In this document: positions 48,975-55,307 of the stretch, in pieces
Layout: every line of letters begins with the position of its first letter
How positions within the stretch are numbered: the stretch's first letter is position 1
Notes under the pieces: model-generated
The model's database searches: none
Told to the model about the DNA's origin: nothing
Seen by the model: the letters and a program-made list of their open reading frames with translations, nothing else
Source of the DNA: Chiloscyllium plagiosum
Lineage: Eukaryota
Assembly: GCF_004010195.1 (NCBI RefSeq)
Contig: NC_057711.1
Location: 72,206,845 to 72,262,151, forward strand
Length of the DNA stretch: 55,307 bases
Direction: 5' to 3'
Program-made: the position numbers and the translations under genes

Positions 48975-50220
48975 TAGTTTTTTGAAAAAGTAACAAAGAG
49001 GATTGATGAGAACAGAATGGTAGACATGATCTATATGGATTTCAGTAAGGCGTTCAACAAGGTTCTCCATGGGAGACTGATTAGCAAGATTAGATCTCAT
49101 GGAATACAAGGAGAACTAGCCATTTGAGTACAGAACTAACTCAAAGGTAGAAGACAGACGTTGGTGGTGGAAGTTTATTTTTCAGACTGGAGGCCTGTGA
49201 CCAGTGGAGTGCCACAAGAACCGGTGCTGGGTCCACTACTTTTTGTTATTGATATAAATGCTTTGGATGTGAGCAGAGGTATAATGAGTAAGAGGTATAC
49301 ACGTAATAAGTACGTTTGCAGATGACACCAAAATTGGAGGTGTGGAGAATAGCGAAGAAGGTCACTTCAGGTTACAATGGGATCTTGATCACATGGGTCA
49401 ATGGGCTTAAGAATGGCAGATGGAGTTTAACTTAGATAAATGTGAGATGCTGTACTTTGGAAAGGCAAATCATGGCAAGACTTACACACTGAATAGTAAG
49501 GTCCTGGGGAGTGTTGCTGAACAAAGAGACCTTCGAGTGCAGCTTCATAGCTCCTTGAAAGTAGAGTCGCAGGTGGATATGATAGTGAAGAAGGCATTTG
49601 GTATGTATTCCTTTACTAGACGGAGCATTGAGTATAGGAGTTGGGAGGTCATGTTGGGGCTGTACAGGACATTGGTTAGGCCACTTTTGCAATATTGTGT
49701 GCAATTCTGGTCTCCTTCCTATCAGAAGAATGCTGTGAAACTTGAAAAGGTTCAGAAAAGATTTACAATGATGTTGCCAGGGTTGGAGAATTTGAGCTAT
49801 AGGGAGAGGTTGAATAGACTGGAGCTGTTTTCCCTGGAGTGTCAGAGGCTGAGAGGTGACCTTATACAGGTTTATAAAATCATGAGGGGCATAGATAGGG
49901 TAAATAGACAAGGTCTTTTCCCTGGGTCCAGAACTGGAGGGCACGGGTTTAGGGTGAGAGGGATAAGATATATAAGAGACCTAAGGAGCAACTTCACACA
50001 AAGGGTGGTGTGTGTATGGAATGAGCTGCCAGACGAAGTGGTGGAGGCTGGTACAATTGCAACATTTAAAAGGCATTTTGGTGGGTATCTGAATAGGAAG
50101 GATTTGGAGGGATATGGGCCGGGTGCTGGCAGGTGGGACTAGATTGGGTTGGGATATCTGGTCGGCATGGACGGGTTGGACTGAAGGGTCTGTTTCCATG
50201 CTGTACTCTATGACTCTAAT
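48975..50220 (+). mobile_element. HER1/CR1 LINE RT to 3' end; includes a 240-aa open stretch (49420-50142)
   Basis: IYMDFSKAFNK, GVPQEPVLGP, FADDTK, LYRTLVRPLLQYCVQFWSP, WNELPDEVVEAGTI. Confidence 0.93.
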
Positions 50221-50497
50221 AGTTATTAAAAATCTAATTTATTTTAACATTAAAACATAATGCCTCTTGACAATGAAATCTGTGTTTATCTCTTATGTGT
50301 AAGCAATGAAATACTTGTTTTTTTTAATCTTCAGTGGCTGAGTGGTAAACCAGTAGAATTAATCATCTGAATTGACACTGTTTCCAAACAATGGGTTGAA
50401 AATGATACACAGTTTATGACCTGGAGGTTTTATGACAGTATAAGTTGTAACTTCCTGCAATGTAGCCACATCTCTTTGGTAACTTTTTCTGCATCAG

Positions 50498-50830
50498 CAT
50501 AGAATACCTACAGTGTAGTAAGAGGCCATTTGGCCCAACAAATCCACACCAATCCTCCAAAGAGTAACCCACACAGACCGATTCCCCTTCCTATTATTCT
50601 ACATTTACCCCTGACTAATAACCTAACCTACACATACCTGAACACTATGGGCAATTTAGCATGGTCAATTCACCTAACCTGCACATCTTTGGATTGTGTG
50701 AGGAAACCAGAGCACCTGGAGGAAACCCATGCTGAAACAAGTTGTTCAAACTCCACACAGTCGCCCGAGACTGGAATTGAATTTGGGTCCCTGAAGCTGT
50801 CAGGCAACAGTACTATCCACGGTGCCATCG
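50498..50830 (-). mobile_element. HE1-type V-SINE
   Basis: GGAAACCAGAGCACCTGGAGGAAACCCA V-domain and GGAATTGAA B box (reverse). Confidence 0.85.
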
Positions 50831-50969
50831 TTGTCATTATCCCACAGCTTAACAGAATTGTCCCAGCCCCTGGATGGCATGGACAATGTCACGTCAGTTG
50901 GGAAAATATGACCAGAATGGAAAATTGAGTTTCTCGGTGTTGAGAAAAAAAGTCCAATATTGCTACGAA

Positions 50970-52015
50970 GTCATAGAGATGTACAACAAGGGAATAGTAT
51001 CTTCGGTCCAAATCATCCATGCCAACCAGAAAGCCTAAATAAATGTAGTCCCATTTGTCAATATTGGGCCCATATCCCTCTAAACTTTTCCTATTCATGT
51101 TCCCATGTAGCTGCCTTTTAGATAATTGTACCAGCCTCCATCACTTCCTCTGACAGCTCATTCCATACATGTACCACCTCTGCATGAAAAAGTTTGCCCC
51201 TTAGGTCCCATTTAAATGTTTCCCCTGTCACCCTAAACCTATGCACTCTAGATTTGGGCACCCCACTCCAGAGAAAACACCTTGTCTAATTAGCCTATCC
51301 ATGCCCCTCATGATTTTGTAAGCCTCTGTAAGGTCACCTCTCAGCCTCCAATACTCCACGGAAAACAACCCCAGCCTATTCAGCCTCTCTCTTTTGCTCA
51401 AACCCTCTAACCCTGGCAACATCCTTATAAATCTTTTCTGAACTCTTTCAAGTTTCACAATATATCAGAGAGACTAGAATTGAATGTAATATTCCAAAAG
51501 TGGCCTAAGCAATGTCCTGTACAGCCACAACATGATTTCCCAAGTCTTATACTCAAGGCACTGACCAATAAAGGCAAGCATTCCAAATGCCTTCTTCAGT
51601 ATCCTATCTACCTGCAACTCCACTTTCAAGGAACTATGAACCACACTCCAAAGTCTCTTTGTTCAGCAACACTCTCCCGGACCTTACCATTAATTGTAAA
51701 AGTCCTGCCCTGATTTGCCTTTCCAAAATGCAGCACCTCACATTTTCCAAATTAAACTCCATCTGCTACCAGCCTCCATCATTTCCTTGGCCCATTGGCC
51801 CATCTGATCAAGATCCCATTGTAATCTGAGGTAACTTTCTTCACTGCCCACTACACCTCCAATTTTGATGTCATCTGCAAACTTACTAATTATACCTCCT
51901 GTGTTCACATCCAAATCATTTATATAAGTGATGGACAGCAGTTGGCTCAGCACCGATCCTTGTGGCACATTACTGGTCACAGGCCTCCAGTCTGAAAAAC
52001 AACCCTCAAACACCA
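50970..52015 (-). mobile_element. HER1/CR1 LINE RT to 3' end
   Basis: ORF 51738(-) SDWRPVTSNVPQGSVL..KFADDIK, ORF 51228(-) LERVQKRFIRMLPGLEGL. An HE1 tail (+) abuts at ~52016-52118. Confidence 0.92.
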
Positions 52016-52729
52016 CAGAGGGCTGGGTCTGGGTGGAATGTTCTTCAGAGGATTGGTGTGGAGTTAATGCGAGGGCCAAGTGGCCTTTTTCCACACTGTA
52101 AGGATTCTATGATTCTAATGGGGAAATGACAGCTGGGGTCCTACATTTCAATTAGGTAGCCCTCAATCTCTTTGAGTTGGCAATTTTCTGGTCTATCTTA
52201 AATTTCTTTCAGCCAGGCCCTTGGGGATAATTGGAGTGGCTGAGATGCGACCTCAAATTATTTTCAACTGCTGACCAGCTATGTCTTACATTAAAAACAT
52301 CAGCTGTCAATTGTAAACCACTCTCCTGCTGGAATTGTAATCCAACAAGGAATCAGTGTCTTCAGGAGAGCTGGGGAGGAAAATGCTGGCTTTGCAACAT
52401 TGGATAGGCAGAGGGACATCAAAATCAACTGGGAATGAACACTCGGTTTTAATTGCTACGTGCTGCACAACAGGAAGGGTCCTGTTGGAGCAAATTAAGC
52501 AGATTAATGAAAACAAATAACAAATGTGACAACAATACACTTTAAAAATAATTAAATATTATGAGCAACTTACTGCGAAGCAGTCAATTCAGTCAGCATT
52601 ATATAATGTTCTGTAGAATTTACTCTGTCCCCTGTTGCCTCTGTCAATTAGATAGATAAATGTTTACATTTAAATATGACTCCAAATCATTTAATAATTT
52701 ATTGCACTGATCCTTTCCTTTCAACCTCA

Positions 52730-53450
52730 TAAGATCATAAAACCATAAGGTACAGGAGTTAAAGTAGGCCTTTCAACCTATCGAGTCTGCTCTGCCATTC
52801 AGAGAAATCATAGCTGACCTGATAATCCCCAACGTTTCCTGCTAATTCTTGATTCTCTCACTGATTGCCAATCTGACTACCTCAGCCCTGGATATACTTC
52901 ACAATCCAGCCTCGACAGTCCGTTGTGCTAAAGAATTCTGCAGATTGACTGCCCTCTGAGAGAAAAAAAACCCTCCTCATCTCTGTCTTGAGTTGTATAT
53001 ACAGTTATAGAGTAGATGTACAGCACGGAAACAGACCCTTCAGCCCAACTCATCCATGTCAACCAGATATCCTAAATAAATACAGTCCCATTTGCCAGCA
53101 TTTGTCCCATATCCCTGTAAACCTTTCCAATTCATATATCCATCCAAATGCCTTTTAAATGTTGTAATTGTATCAGCCTCCACCATTTCATCTAGCAGCT
53201 CATTCTGTACATGCACCCCACTCTGTGTGAAAAAATATATTTAAATTCTTACGCTATAACATTTGCTGTCCAAAGCACCACAAAACTCAAGTAGCAAATG
53301 GTCATAGAACATAATTGCAGTCAGATTGAGAGAGGCAAGATGGTGATCTCTAAATTTGAAGGTAATCCCTAAATTTGAGATCATGCCCTCCAATCCTAGA
53401 TTCTACCAGAAGGGGAAACAATCTCTCTGCATCTATCCTGTCAGGTCCCC
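52730..53450 (-). mobile_element. CR1-type 3' tail with a nested HER1 tail (~53005-53235)
   Basis: (CATAAGAT)-like tail and AGTAGGCC..TCTGCTCTGCCATTC; nested GTACAGCACGGAAACAGACCCTTC. Confidence 0.75.
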
Positions 53451-55184
53451 TCAATGTTGGCTGATTTTTTTTTCTTGATTTTCTTTATCAATGTGTAGTT
53501 TCCTTTTACAGCATCTATTAATAATGACGAAGATAAAGCAAACAATCCAATTCAGAAAGGGCATCTTCATATTGTGCATCTTTGCTGATGGCTGAAGAGG
53601 TTAAACCCTTAAAGGTAGGTTCTGCCACTGTGAAGCACATGAAGTAACCTAGAACTATTTTGATGGAGGTTTTCGACATTGATGTCTGTTGCCAAGCTGC
53701 TGTTCTGGCTATCATAGAGGTGCATGACAGCCTACAGGTCTCCAATTTCCTCTCTCTTCACCTTGACACTTCAAAGTGCCATAGTTAGCATTTAGGACCT
53801 TCCCAGCACATCTGCAAGCATCCTCGAAATGGAGTATTGGGCATTCCACTGGTGATCTGGCTTCACCATGGAGGGAGTCCTTCTGTGTGTGACTATCTTC
53901 CACCTTGAAGGTGTGCCAAAGTCAATGAAGAGCTCTCTGTTTGTTAGTGCTTTTTAACTTGAGAGTTCTATATTTCAGGGAGCTCTGGATTTCAGGGGAC
54001 TATTGCTTTTCTGACTATGCTCTGCCATGATGTGCCTATACTGCACCTCACATGGCAATTATTGAAGTTTTGTTTTAATATCTGTACATCATTCATGTTC
54101 AAAACCATGCAGCAAGTATCTGAAAATGAGGATATTTTGTCATCAGCTTGGTCAAAGCTTAAACTTGATGGTTTCCATGCATGTTATGTGAGTTGACGAA
54201 AGTGGGTCGCTTCATTCACTGGGTGTGAATCAAGTCAAGATACAAAGATAAAGTCAGTGGCTTATTTGCACAGAGTTGATCCTCATGCAACCCTATGGGC
54301 TCATACTTATCAGGTGTATATGACATGAATATTCATTAATGTGAAACTATTCTTAATTAAAACTTACCTTTGGGGTAAAATTAATGGTACATTATAATGT
54401 CGAGGCACCCAGTTCATGATTGTTTAAGAGCAGCACATACCAGTCAGTTTTATGCCCCTGCAACTAAAGAAAGTAATGTTTCATATTGAACTCTAACATA
54501 GAGTGCTGTGTGTTGAAAGTGCTGGATATGTGTGGACAGAGGTGGAAGAGAGAAGGCAGAGTGGACAGAGCATGGTGTTGGGTGCAGGATGGTGTAATAC
54601 AGGGATGGGAGGGAGAACAGAGCGCTGCTTTTTGGCTGAGGCAAGTATAATGAAGGGAATGATTTTGTGGGTTGGGTGTGATGGCTCAGCAAGGGGTGGG
54701 TGCATGAGGGTCAAGGCAGGGATTGAAATATGGACGATGGGTCTGAAGGATGATGTTGATGAAATCAATGACACTCTTGAGGGTAGTGGGTGGTGAAGAA
54801 ATCAGTTACATTAAAGAGCGGCGTGGTACTCAGTATGGGAGCAGGTCCAGAGTCAAGGTCACGTATTGGAAGTTCTTGTGGAGTGGATCACAGGAGGGAA
54901 CAAATGCATGGATGAAGACAATGAAATGGTTCACAGTCAGAATGTGGATTGGGAAGGTCATGGATGTAGGAAAAGAGGCCAGAGTTGATACATGCTGGGA
55001 ACAAATAATTGGACCTGGGCAACTATGAGGAGGTTCAAAAGTAATAAAGGGAAGAGGGAATGTTATGTTGGATGGATCAAAGGTGTTGGGGCAAGCATGA
55101 GAGTGATAGGAGAAAGGTGGAATATATCAGAACAGGTTTTCAATGTAAGTCAATCCATCATTTTAATGGCTTGCTTTTCTGAAT

Positions 55185-55307
55185 ATAAGTCTAGATCAAA
55201 GTGGTGCTGGAAAAGCACAGCAGGTCAGGTAGCATCTGAGGACCAGGAAAATCGATGTTTCAGGCAAAAGTCCTTCATCAGGAATAGAGGCAGGGTGCTT
55301 GCAGAGT
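55185..55307 (-). mobile_element. Penelope-like pLTR (runs off the window) with hammerhead-like core
   Basis: Minus strand reads CCTGATGAAGGACTTTTGCCTGAAACATCG (55282 to 55253). Same family as 33355 and 43747. Confidence 0.8.

Noticed and set aside
49420..50142. 240-aa ORF as a functional or domesticated gene
   Set aside because: C-terminal part of HER1/CR1 ORF2. The upstream RT core has stops and frameshifts.
53500..55150. Possible very old RTE- and L2-like LINE remnants on the minus strand
   Set aside because: Composition is suggestive, but I could not read unambiguous motifs, so they are not listed as features.
1..55307. CRISPR array, prokaryotic operon or defence system
   Set aside because: No regularly spaced repeat-spacer array. 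The sequence is intron-containing vertebrate DNA and the recurring repeats are SINE, LINE and Penelope pieces.

Overview
Vertebrate genomic DNA, almost certainly from a shark: it carries HE1 V-SINEs, HER1/CR1 LINEs and shark-type Penelope remnants; a carpet or bamboo shark is a guess. Bases 1-~19.4 kb hold the 3' part of a ZNF608 orthologue on the + strand. There are seven coding exons (1613-1700, 4079-6578, 10001-10418, 13635-13807, 14538-14691, 15919-16000, 18494-18500), all with AG/GT boundaries and consistent phases, ending ...QRRE-stop. A ~0.9 kb 3'UTR follows, with AATAAA at 19410. The 5' exons are not in the window. The remaining ~36 kb is gene-free intergenic DNA dense in CR1/HER1 LINEs, two tRNA-SINE families, Penelope-like fragments and pogo/Tigger-like non-autonomous DNA elements, with a few repeat-free islands that look like conserved non-coding elements. 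Most notable: (i) a perfect 48-bp intronic inverted repeat (81 bp when extended) next to a candidate stop-containing cassette exon upstream of exon 1613; (ii) many TSD-flanked palindromic Penelope-derived inserts, several with minimal-hammerhead-like cores; (iii) a Tigger-like element carrying a GC-rich inverted G-tract array; (iv) an unexplained diverged direct-repeat pair 5.5 kb apart. I found no convincing novel protein-coding system. Family names come from motif recognition and memory, not from database searches.
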